Of a stretch of 64,000 nucleotides of DNA, positions 52,790 through 64,000 are shown piece after piece. Under the pieces are notes generated by a model. The model ran no database searches. It saw nothing but the letters and a program-made list of their open reading frames with translations, and was not told the DNA's origin. This DNA is from Perna viridis (taxonomy: Eukaryota), in NCBI GenBank assembly GCA_037379345.1, contig CM074516.1:372001-436000 (forward strand). The letters run 5' to 3'. A program made the position numbers and the translations under genes. Within the stretch, counting starts at the first letter, position 1. The number at the start of each line of letters is the position of its first letter.

Positions 52790-53830
52790 AAGAGGTCTAT
52801 TCCTCAGTCAGACATGTAGGTGTAATGAGTATATTAGAGGTCTGTACCTCAGTCAGACATGTAGGTGTAATGAGTATATTAGAGGTCTGTCCCTCAATCA
52901 GACATGTAGGTGGACTGAGTATATTAGAGGTCTGTCCCTCAATCAGACATGTAGGTGGACTGAGTATATTAGAGGTCTGTCCCTCAGTCAGACATGTAGG
53001 TGGACTGAGTATATTAGAGGTCTGTCCCTCAGTCAGACATGTAAGTATACTGAGTATATTAGAGGTCTGTCCCTCAATCAGACATGTAGGTGTACTGAGT
53101 ATATTAGAGGTCTATCCCTCAGTCAGACATATAGGCGTACTGAGTATATTAGAGGTCTGTCCCTCAGTCAGACATGTAAGTATACTGAGTATATTAAGGT
53201 CTGTCCCTCAATCAGACATGTAGGTGGACTGAGTATATTAGAGGTCTGTACCTCAGTCAGACATGTAAGTATACTGAGTATATTAAAGGTCTGTCCCTCA
53301 ATCAGACATGTAGGTGTACTGGGTATATTAAGGTCTGTCCCTCAGTCAGACATGTAGGTGTACTGGGTATATTAGAGGTCTGTCCCTCAATCAGACATGT
53401 AGGTGTACTGGGTATATTAGAGGTCTGTCCCTCAGTCAGACATGTAGGTGGACTGAGTATATTAGAGGTCTGTCCCTCAGTCAGACATGTAGATGTACTG
53501 AGTATATTAAGGTCTGTCCCTCAATCAGACATGTAGGTGTACTGGGTATATTAGAGGTCTGTCCCTCAATCAGACATGTAAGTATACTGAGTATATTAAG
53601 GTCTGTCCCTCAATCAGACATGTAGGTGTACTGAGTATATTAGAGGTCTGTCCCTCAGTCAGACATGTAGGTGTACTGAGTATATTAAGGTCTGTCCCTC
53701 AATCAGACATGTAGGTGTACTGAGTATATTAGAGGTCTGTCCCTCAGTCAGACATGTAGGTGTACTGAGTATATTAGAGGTCTGTCCCTCAGTCAGACAT
53801 GTAGGTATACTGAGAATATTAGAGGTCTGA
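52790..53830. repeat. 47/48-bp minisatellite, about 21 copies
   Basis: gaggtctgtccctcagtcagacatgtaggtgtactgagtatatta units. Confidence 0.95.
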
Positions 53831-54484
53831 ATCTTTGAAGAAGATTTTCTGTCAGAGAGGATAGTTGTATTTGCATTGCTTTTAGATAAGTATGAACAAT
53901 TGTTGGTTTTCCCATTGAATTCATTGAGTCCTTTGGTTCTCTTGGAAGGCAGATGGTACATTTTGATAACTTAATTGTCTTCTGTAATATCTTCAGATTC
54001 CCCTGTGTAAACAGCTATTAATGATTATTATTGATGATAAATATTAAACAGATTTTACACTGAATTATGCAATATTTGAAATGAAGGGTGTTATTGATGA
54101 TTTTCCACTTGTCCTATTTGCAGGGAAATATTTATCAACCATCCCATCTCAATCTATTTGGTCAGCACTTCTGAAGGTTTTCTGGTCTTATACTTAACTT
54201 GTAAAAATTTTGTTTATTTTAAAAAATGTACTGATAAAAATTGTTGTGGTGTGATTGCCAATGAGACAGTCATCCAACTGAAGCCAAGTAACAAACAACT
54301 TATAATAACTTCTACAGGTCACTACATGGTCCCTGGATTACATTCTTAGATTACCACTATAACCTTGGTTCCCTTGATTACTATTTCAGTTATGGGTACC
54401 CATACCATAAAGTAAGCTGTAAACACCTCAAAATAAACGGTGAAAATATTCATAAATGACGAAAATCACCCTAATCTACAAAAA

Positions 54485-55180
54485 GTCCATCCTTTGTGGA
54501 GTACCATCTAGTACATGTAACCTGATCCATCCTTTGTGGAGTACCGTCTTGTACATGTAACCTGATCCATCCTTTGTGGAGTACCGTCTTGTACATGTAA
54601 CCTGATCCATCCTTTGTGGAGTACCATCTAGTACATGTAATCTGGTCCATCCTTTGTGGAGTACTGTCAAGTACATGTTACCTGGTCAATCCTTTGTGGA
54701 GTACCGTTTAGTACATGTAACTTGGTCAATCCTTTGTGGAGTTGAATATTAATCTTATTACACTTGGGTAACAATGCAGTCCTTCCAGTATTACACTTGG
54801 GTAACAATGCAGTCCCTCCAGTATTACACTTGAGTAACAATACAGTCTTTCCAGTATTACACTTGAGTAACAATACAGTCCTTCCAGTATTACACTTGGG
54901 TAACAATGCATCCAGTATCACACTTGAGTAACAATGCAGTCCTTCCAGTATTACACTTGGGTAACAATGCAGTCCTTCCAGTATTACACTTGAGTAACAA
55001 TGCAGTCCCTCCAGTATTACACTTGGGTAACAATGCAGTCCTTCCAGTATCACACTTGAGTAACAATGCAGTCCTTCCAGTATTACACTTGGGTAACAAT
55101 GCAGTCCTTCCAGTATCGCACTTGGGTAGCAATGCAGTCCTTCCAGTATTGTACTTGAGTAACAATGCAGTCCTTCCAGA
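54485..55180. repeat. Adjacent 40-bp and 36-bp minisatellites
   Basis: atcctttgtggagtacc...gtacatgtaacctg units, then ttacacttgggtaacaatgcagtccttccagta units. Confidence 0.95.
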
Positions 55181-57084
55181 ATATGTGTTGTGTGTTCCAT
55201 TTTATGTTTCCTTTGGGTTTTTTTTTCTTTCAATTGTTATATGTTAGTCTTCTTGTCATGTTTTCTTTCTCTCTCTTTTGATATTCAATGAAATTTCAAA
55301 TTGCCACTAAATAGAACACACACAATGAATATCATGAAAATCTTGAAACAGGCCTGATTGAAGTTGATCTCTGATTTTTATGCATTCTGTATTGTGTAAT
55401 TATTTTGGGTTTGGTCTTCTTTGGTGTCTGGGCTATGTAAACTTGCCTTACCCTAAAGCTTTCCAGTATAGTCACTCTATTCGATATGAAATAACCAATC
55501 TCATTCATGTAATTGAATCCTTGATGGAGTTTACACCTCCAAGATAGCAGATTGTGAATTAAATGTGAAGCCAACCTTGCCTGCAAGATTTAGTTTATCA
55601 CGGGCCAAGTTCATGTTTGGGTCATCAGTGTTATTAAATATCATTATTAAGATCAAAGGCAAATATCCATCCTGACAAACATTCTGAAGACAGTAATTTG
55701 CATGAAATTATGGGATCTTGACAGCTGTGTTTGCATTGGAAAGTCAGAATATCTGGAATTGTTGTCAGTATTGTGATTCTAAATACTCCATCACAGCATT
55801 TTGTCCCTCAGAAAACATTTATTACATCTTTTCTCTTTAATGTTGGTCTTCTATATCCAGTACTTTTTGTCCCAGACGAAGGCCAACCGTTTGGGCTTAT
55901 AATTCTGTTTTATTTAGTTTTATTTGTATTTAGTTCACTTAAAATTGTTCACGTATTTATTATTTTTATTTCCAAGGAACAACCACCTATACCAATATCT
56001 ATGTTTCTGCTATATAAGAGTTGGCCGTACCAACAATTTTAATATTCGGCCTTTTCTATGTTTGCCAGACAAACAAATTATTCTAACCATTGGCCTTCAA
56101 TGTTTAATGTAAGTTTCTCAGTTTTCTCCCCAATTAGGTTCAATTAAAACTTCAAGTAAGATAGATAATTTAAGGGATGGTGGAACGGATTATTTGGACA
56201 AAATTTATTCAACTTTAGTAGCTACTTAACTGAATTGAAATACATTTTGAACATGTTAATGCTCTGGTAGTCCAATGAACTCCTTGAAGATAAGATATGA
56301 TACACAGCTGAACACTGCAATAGCAAGTTAAAAGAAAAGTTTCTGAAATATGAAGTGGACTGCAGTTGACTGGTTCTATATGAAGATATTTTTATGACAA
56401 TCATGCCATTGTCACATCAATCACATCATTATTGATTTATCCATAAATATTTTCTGCTCTTTTCATCATGACTAAACTTAATTACAGGCACAATGCAATT
56501 TAAAACAGTTACTACAATTGCAAATTTTATCATCAGTTAATTTTTACACTTTCCTTTCTTAATCAAAGCTATAAAGATTGAGTTTTTACATATAACTCTG
56601 TGTTCTATAAAATTCTAAAGAATAGGAATTTTATTTTGATGTTAAGTTTTGATAAAAAGCCAAACACTGAAATTTACTTTGATATTAAAGCATTTTGAGG
56701 ATCCACAACCTAATCTCCCCTTCTGTTATTGCATGGTACAATCCACTTTTACTATTATGATAGTAATGTACATTTTCTCAATGAAATGGTCTATGATTTT
56801 TTTACAACTGTCAAAACAAGGCTAATTGGATTCATCCAGTAGGTATTTCATGTGTGTACCTTTGGATTAAAGTGATGAACTGTTCAAGTTCTCAACAAAA
56901 ACAACAATCTTTTTCCAAATGTTTTTGGTGAGAAATTGACATGAGTTTGGAATGTTGATTGAAAATTACAAAACATGGTATAAAGAACTTTTATCATATT
57001 GTTGGATTATTTCATTGAAAAATTGTACATCTCCAAATAATTCTGGCCGGTGCGAAGAAAATTTCGGTGGAATATTGTCCTCAA

Positions 57085-57135
57085 ATGTTGGTTTTATCTT
57101 TGAACCTCCGAAACCTACTTAATTACTTTGAGAAG
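57085..57135 (+). CDS. Putative Dp116-like alternative first exon, MLVLSLNLRNLLNYFEK
   Basis: ATG-initiated 17 codons ending at a consensus AAG|gtaagt donor in phase 0, in frame with exon U. Confidence 0.45.
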
Positions 57136-58878
57136 GTAAGTCAATTGTTAACATTGCTTGTCTCTATAGTAAGGTATCATATTGAACAGTAAAATTGGTC
57201 CTATTTCATTTCTTCCCATTTTCCAGGAGAATGAAAAACTAATATGAATAGAAAATACTCAGTGGTTGTCCATGGTTACTGATAGGTGTTGATATTTACT
57301 GCTGACCAAATTTAACCATAAACAAACATTTATTTCTTTTCTTTTGAACATCAGACTCATCTTTATTAGTCCCCTACCAGCTTTTGCCGAAGGGGACTTT
57401 AAATTCACCGAATTTTGTCTGAGTTGTGGCCTTTGAATTTACCGAAATTTAAGTTTTCTGCACTTTTTTCTTGGTACTGTATTTGAGTCTACCTTGATGA
57501 GTTACAGATCAAGTTAACATTTTTTTCTGGTTTGCTGATATTTTCCAACTTTCAGTTTTACAGGCTATACCAAAATTTCAGTTTTACACAGTTTTTTCTA
57601 AAGACTTAAGATATTGAGTTGTTTTTTTTTGACAAATCAATCAACCTTTATTTGAAACCTAAGGCTACAATTAGGTACAGAATAATGGAAAGTTATCAGG
57701 AAGTAACATGACGCAAAGAGAATGCAAAATAACAAGAAATGTCCCTGATAATTATTTCGAAAACTTCAACGACGTCTGAAAATATATCAAAGAGGATTGG
57801 AAGTACATATAATCTTTACTGAATGAGAACCTCACAATGTAATCAATGTCTTCCCTTTTACTTTTGTCCCAGACTCAGCAATAAGAAAATGCCAGAATTT
57901 TATTTTAAAGAATAAATGCATTTATGGTTCAAAACACACATGAATAATTAATTTATTCATTTTAATGATAAATTTTATTTCTAATATATAAGAATATTTA
58001 AGGATCTCTGCTGATGCATGTTCTGTTTTATTTACAATTAAACCTATTACTCGTCAAAAAGAAACGCTGTGCTTACTTTTAGGTAATGCCTACTCTATTT
58101 ACTCCATGCCAAGATACTCTTATGTAAAATAAAAATCAGTTGATTTTGCATTTGGTCTGGAAAAAAAACTCTTCCTATTTGAGCTTTACTATAGCCTTCA
58201 ACCCCCTATTCCTATTTGAGCTTTACTATAGCCTTCAACCGCCTACCTTGTACAAATAAACCACATTATTAACTTCATTACTACATGTTGTACCTTCATT
58301 TAGAATGAAATTGATGGCTTATATCAAATTCACCATCAATCTTAAATACATTATTTATATATATATATATGTAATTTATTAACATGACCATGAACTAAAT
58401 ATTAATATGTGCCTTCAATTAATCCAATTTTCTTTAATGGATGTAGATTTTGTGTGATTACCTAGTTCAGCTGTTCTTGGCTGTGATACTGTGCCTCATC
58501 AACGGTTCTTTTGTTTTACACTGAAACTAGAATTTGTAAATTACATCTTCTTTGAAAGGTTCTGACCATATAAGGAATTTTTATTTAATTGCAGTTGCAG
58601 GATTTATTGCATCCTTTTGTTGATATATACAGAGCTGTTTGTGTTGTATGATTAAGTTCCACTTAGAGTAAGGGCCAAAATTTATGTTGATAAAATAAAT
58701 TATACATATTCAGAAACATAAAGGGGGTGATGAAACTTGTAAAAAGGAGTATTGTTTTGTAATCTTCTCACCCCCTGTAATGACCTCTGTCATCTGCCTG
58801 TATGTGTATGTCAGTTATTCATCTGTTAGTGTTTGTCAGTTATTCATATGTCAGTGTCAGTCAGTGTTTGTCATCTGA

Positions 58879-59190
58879 ATACGGAAAACCTGACTGCAAA
58901 CCAGTGGTGCACCGTGTTTGGAAAGATGCTACGTTCCTCACACGTTAAAAAACCCTGCTGTGGTATTCAATGGGAGTGGGAACCTTTGCACTCCACCATA
59001 GGAGGCTAAATTGCCCAACCCTACCCATCCCTCTTTTAGGAGTGGCAATCAAAATGTGTTGACCCTTTTATCCTTGTGTCCCATCTTTTTTTTTTCATTT
59101 CATCATCATTTATGTGCATTTTATCATCCATTTCATGTTCATCACCTGAAATATAGCTGCTCGGACGTTAATCCCCAACAATCAATCAGT
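58879..59190 (+). mobile_element. SINE-like 3' fragment inserted in a minisatellite
   Basis: GC-richer segment ending ggacgttaatccccaacaatcaatca (CAAT tail); flanked on both sides by the same gtcagtcagtgtttgacagttatt repeat. Confidence 0.5.
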
Positions 59191-59532
59191 CAATTATTCA
59201 TCTGTCTGTATGTCTGTGTCAGTCAGTGTTTGACAGTTATTTATCAGTCTGTAGTTCAGTGTCATTCAGTGTTTGACAGTTATTTATCAGCCTGTAGTTC
59301 AGTGTCAGTCAGTGTTTGACAGTTATTCATCTGTCTGTATGTCTGCGTAAGTCAGTGTTTGACAGTTATTTATCAGTCTGTATATCTATGTCAGTCAGTG
59401 TTTGACAGTTATTTATCAGTCTGTATGTCTGTGTCAGTCCATGTTTGACAGTTATTCATCTGTCTGTATGTCTGTGTCAGTCATTGTTTGACAGTTATTT
59501 ATCAGTCTGTATATCTGTGTCAGTCAGTGTTT
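59190..59532. repeat. ~43-bp minisatellite (continues from 58790-58878)
   Basis: gtcagtcagtgtttgacagttatttatcagtctgtatgtctgt units. Confidence 0.9.
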
Positions 59533-62132
59533 AATAGAAGTGTGGAGAAACCCTTAACAGTTTGAATACACAGGAAAAATATTATAGTTTATACTTGATT
59601 TTCACATGAGTTTCATCTGCATTGAGTAAATCAGTTTTGTGACTGAGTAAATCAGTTTTGTGACTGAGTTCATGTGAAGTTCAAGTGAAGCAATCCTTTT
59701 TATGAAAACCACCTGAAAATTACTGTGAAACTTTTGAATTTTATAAGAATAACTTGTATAGCATCTGAGTTGTAAAATCTTACCATCTCTGAATGAGAGC
59801 AGTCATAATGTTTGGGGTTTTCTTACTACTCTTTTACTTCATCATATTAGTGAAAATATTTTTACAGTAAATATTTGAACATATAGAAATGTCATGGCTT
59901 TAGGTAACTTTCTGTTTTAGCTGAAATCATCAAGTCTCCATTGAGATGATTCAGCTCTTCGATCCTACTTATGTCTGACTATCAATGGAATTATTGAATT
60001 GATTCAATTTACTGGTACATTTCTAAGTCTTGTTCTATATGGCTTGGAGTTCAGTAATACACCTGGTACTTTCTGTAAATATTGAGGTTTAAATATTTAG
60101 AAAGGGGGTTTTAGATTTTCATTGTTTAAAGTTTCCCTTTAGAAAATTGTTAAAAGTGCTAAAGGTTGAAGCACTACAATACTTGTTGTTGAGGTCTATA
60201 ATGATATTACAGTAATATATGTTAGGAATTCAAGAACTTATAAACATACAATCAAAACATCCAATAGAAGTAAATTAAATCGTAGATTAATGTCCAAAAT
60301 TACTGGATATCACAACATAATAATTATAATAAATCAAGGTATATAGAACGGTTCATTCTACCAGCTATAGAAAAAGCTCTGTCCACCCTGGCTGTAAGAT
60401 ATTTCTGAAATGAGCCATACAATGTATAATTTGTTTTTATTTCATGCAATGAGAAATTGTTAGAATGCAGTTTGTTTTGGCATCAGCAGATAATCATTAG
60501 AGCATATGTTTTATATCTGGTTAATAGGTGGGGGTGCTTTCTTTGTTGTTAATCACAATGTTGTGTACAGATGTAGGATCTTGATTGATCATTTCAACAG
60601 AGGCTACATATTATCTGTGACTTGAAACATATTGTGATCTATACCTAGTGAGTACTTTTGTTAAAAGAATAAGGTGACAATTGTATCTTTGGTATGGATC
60701 ATGGATGGTGGTTAAGTGCTTGTTTTTTTTTTTCATTGAGTTGAGCAAATAAAATTTCTGACTATTTACATGTGGCATGAACTTCATGTTAGTGGAAAGC
60801 GGAGTTCAAACCTTCACATGCAAATCATGTTAAAGTCTTGTGAATTACCTGTTACTCAAAATTCACATTAATTTCATGTGAACCTTTTTTGCCTGTGTTT
60901 GTCTGTATCGATATGATAGAAAAGAATTCAGAGGCTTATATGTCATCTTGAATTATTTGTAAAAACACTTAAGGTCAAAGGTAAAGGTCATAGTTTGAAA
61001 CCAGTGTACATCTATTTATAAACTTACCATAAGATTGAAGTACATGTATAGATAATTATGGTAGACATATTGTTATGTTTAATGTTTTCATTTTCTTAAA
61101 AAAAAATAACTCTTTATTTGAAATAGCTTGAACTTTTGAACTTTTTAATTGAATGCATCTAATTGCAGATTACAACATGGGTGGGCTGTGTGTTCAGCAA
61201 CCATTGATTAATAGTGATAAAACTGTAGTATTTTAACAAAAGTACAAGATTTATTGCTCTAGGTTATAACTAAGATATGAAAGGTTTGCCCTTTGTTTTA
61301 AAAAGTCTGGTCTTTGAAGTAATGTAATGAAGTAATGTAATGGATTGATATGCTATCAGAATTAGGGGGAATATGACTGTATAAAGGTTATGTTTCTCGG
61401 ACAACCCTAGTGGTACTGACTGGATGTCAACACCCTGTATGCCTAGTGCCTCATATTACATGTTATTTAGAGGTAATTATACATGTAGTTGACACATTAA
61501 TTACAGAAGGTCATGTACATGTAGTGAGAAAATGGACACTAATGCATAAATAAGTAGTGATTAATGTCACTCTAATGTCAAACAAATCTGTCATTAACAT
61601 GCAAATTTAGACATTTTTATAAAGGGATACATAGTTGATTTTCTCTAATGCTTGAAAAATAACCTGCCTCCCTTACCTCAGAGATCCATATATAGCCAGA
61701 ATTGACCAGTTATTTATGAGTTGATAAAATTCCAATTAAATGGTACAAATGGGTAACAATGTAATTATCTCTCATAAAGAATGTGGAGGATAAGATTTTG
61801 TAGTGATAATTGATAGCTGGACTATTAATTAAATTCCATAATTTTGTTCTGGGGAATTTATCAGATATATTATTGACTCAATGTGTGAGAATTGACATCT
61901 CAAATTCTTTAAGTCAATATAAAGTCATGAGTGGTAAAATTAAAGGAAATAATGAATACTGGTAAGAAAACATCATTCTATACTGATAAAAAAATGATTC
62001 TGTTCTATTTTTAAGTTATTTTCCTGAGCTCTATGAGTTGGAATATACATTAGCCCTCGTGTTCATTGACTTGTTCACCATTTGTCCATCCTTGTGTCAC
62101 ATTCATAGGTTTCTGGATGATAATTAAAGAAC

Positions 62133-62310
62133 CAGTGGCTGTGGCGGATCCAGGGGGAGGGGGGCTGGCACCCCTCCTTTTTATTGGAAAATTTCTCATT
62201 TTCATGTGTAAAATTGCCAAAAATGGTAAACAATGTCCTAGCACCCCCTTTTTCTGAGGAACCCTGGCTGGAACCATTTTTTCAAAATGACTGGATCCGC
62301 CCCAGCCCTG
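62133..62310. mobile_element. Short hAT-like MITE
   Basis: GGCGGATCCAG (62143-62153) and CTGGATCCGCC (62291-62301), with outer CAG...CTG ends. Confidence 0.7.
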
Positions 62311-62569
62311 AAATACAATAATATGACAAAATGACTTAACATAAGTTTCAGTAGTCTGCTTGCTACAAGTGTTGGAGATAAAAGGTTTGATCCCTGCCTT
62401 AGTCACACTGATGATTTTCTGCTTGTCACTTCTTCTCTATAAAGCAAGCAATATATTATTAAGAGATAGAGTGATGACATGTTAGTTTGGAGTTTAAATC
62501 CAGATCAGTCAGTGTAATAAACAGGGTCTGTTAGCCATGAAGCATTATGAGTCTTTCTTTTCATTATAG

Positions 62570-62739
62570 GACCTTCAAGCTGAAGTTGATGCTAACAAAG
62601 GAACTTATGATTCATTGAACACGGCCGGTAATCAGCTGACAAGAACCATGGTTGCTGCAGATGCTCAGCGATTACAGAAAAGACTTGAAGAGATGAATCA
62701 ACGTTGGATCAATCTAATGACCAAATCAATGGAAATCAG
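62570..62739 (+). CDS. DMD: Dystrophin exon U (exon 56 equivalent), DLQAEVDANKGTYDSLN...LQKRLEEMNQRWINLMTKSMEIR
   Basis: ctttcttttcattatag acceptor, CAG|gtactt donor, 170 nt, phase 0-2. Confidence 0.95.
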
Positions 62740-63460
62740 GTACTTGTACTGTAGACAATTTGTACTTTATTGGAAAAAGATGTGTATTTATAAGTTCTAA
62801 TCTTGAAAAGCAGCTTTTCCCTTTATTATGTGAGTGGATGCTAAAATAAGACTTTTCTCCCTTTTTGTGAGTGAATGCTAAAATCAGGAGTATTCTGTTA
62901 GTAAATGACAAAAACTTGGAGGGACTTGTGGTTTAATTATAGTTATCTTGAGAAAACATTTAGTATTAAGTGTTTTCAAAGGATACAATTCTAGATATTT
63001 TAATCTCCAAAACTTAAATTTATCAACATATTTCTGTCTTTACAACCCAAACTTCCAAACCTATGTACACAGATATAGGTAGGTGTCTCTTTATCTACCC
63101 TCATGAAGTAACGTCATATTTTCAAGGATTAATTCATGATCACATAATTTTCATGTCTGGGAATTAATTAGTGTGAACATTATCAAGGTGTCACCTTCCC
63201 AGTAATTATCAAGGCAGAGATAATAAGGATTTATTTGGGAACATTAAGTTTTATACAATACAAACTGAGCTCTCATTAGCTATGGTTTATATTGTGTTTT
63301 TTTCCTTATGTAACTGTGCTTGGGATTGCTATTAAAGTCCTTAGTAGAGGGATATTTTTGTTTTTTTTATTGTCTTTTGCAAAATGGAAAATTAGTTTGT
63401 TGAAAAGGATTAGATTCGTCTCAGTGATTCTAAACCACTGAAGTAATAATTCTGTGAGAA

Positions 63461-63753
63461 ATGAGAGTAATAGCATTAGTCGGACATCAGGATGATACCC
63501 AAAATGGGAATAATCATAATTGCCCTAGTGATGGAAAGTCTTCATGTGAATGTACAACAATCCAAAGTGTTGATAAATGTTCTGTTTATGGGGAACCAGA
63601 TTATATCAATATATATGGCCATAGAAGGACTCTTTCTGAGCCAGAGTTATTTGTGGCTGTCGTTGGGCAGTACTCTAATAAGACAACAAGTGTTGAACAT
63701 TTGAATAAGTGTTATAGTCTTTCACCAAAGAAGAAGAAGAAAAAAGTTCATTG
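63461..63753 (+). CDS. Putative alternative first coding exon of a short dystrophin isoform (unique 98-aa N-terminus)
   Basis: ATG preceded by an in-frame TGA (63455); 97 non-repetitive open codons; ends CAT TG|gtaggc in phase 2, the same phase as the host intron; motif-rich peptide. Confidence 0.65.
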
Positions 63754-64000
63754 GTAGGCTGACTAATAGTAAACTTAGATCTTTGGACAATATTTTAATA
63801 GATGCTTCAAATCTTTTGGTTTCCTTGTTTGGTTTTCATATTACCGTAAAGAGTGACTCTGTCATCGTCGTCCACTTTTCATGCAATAACTTGAATATTA
63901 TTTGGTTGATAATTATAAAAAGATAATATTTAATTAGAATGTTCCAAACCACAAAAGAAAGGTTAGTATTGATTTTGGGGTTTATGACCCAAACTGTTTT

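Larger units (their letters stand above)
806..62739 (+). other. DMD: Dystrophin-family gene, internal segment: 21 exons of the spectrin-repeat rod (about R12-R22, including hinge 3); gene extends beyond both window ends
   Basis: Exons join through GT-AG introns with compatible phases into 4007 nt without a stop. Peptides resemble human dystrophin as recalled: LNASGKEIIRHSAAIDASVLQEKIEVLNERW vs exon 45 LNATGEEIIQQSSKTDASILQEKLGSLNLRW; DLQAEV...LQKRLEEMNQRW...KSMEIR vs exon 56 DLQGEI...LQRRLDNMNFKW...KSLNIR. Confidence 0.95.

Noticed and set aside
52825-55247. Periodic ORFs (52825-53223, 53659-53961, 54476-55247)
   Set aside because: Translations of 48-, 40- and 36-bp minisatellites, open in several frames and on both strands.
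61927-61967. MSGKIKGNNEY-tg|gtaaga and the similar MELHENLH-tg|gtatca near 52359-52390
   Set aside because: Phase-2 donors inside a phase-0 intron are out of frame with exon U.
806-62739. Alternative identity as spectrin, nesprin or MACF/shortstop
   Set aside because: Specific motifs (KSQRVTVGDIKDI, DASVLQEK, LSKRW) and the exon size/phase series match dystrophin.

Overview
Eukaryotic, AT-rich genomic DNA. The repeat families suggest a bivalve mollusc, probably Mytilus-like; this is inference. The window is the interior of one large plus-strand gene, an invertebrate dystrophin (DMD/utrophin family). I assembled 21 GT-AG exons (806-62739; 4007 coding nt, about 1335 codons) into one uninterrupted frame of spectrin repeats, equivalent to about R12-R22 or human DMD exons 34-56. 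From exon 41 onward, exon sizes and intron phases closely match the human gene as I recall it. The gene starts and ends outside the window. Introns hold more than 25 minisatellites, MITEs, Helentron/HINE-like elements and SINE remnants. The most interesting signal is a possible hidden isoform system. It includes a 98-codon alternative first exon in the intron-56 equivalent with 14-3-3, NLS and PP1 (RVxF) motifs and a phase-matched donor, a Dp116-like first exon in the 24.7-kb intron-55 equivalent, and further candidate first exons. There is also a 108-nt in-frame cassette exon, an 11 x 57-bp array that amplifies a real splice donor, a fossil exon duplicate, and a perfect 36-bp long-range inverted repeat around a candidate exon. 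The alternative exons are sequence-based predictions without transcript evidence.
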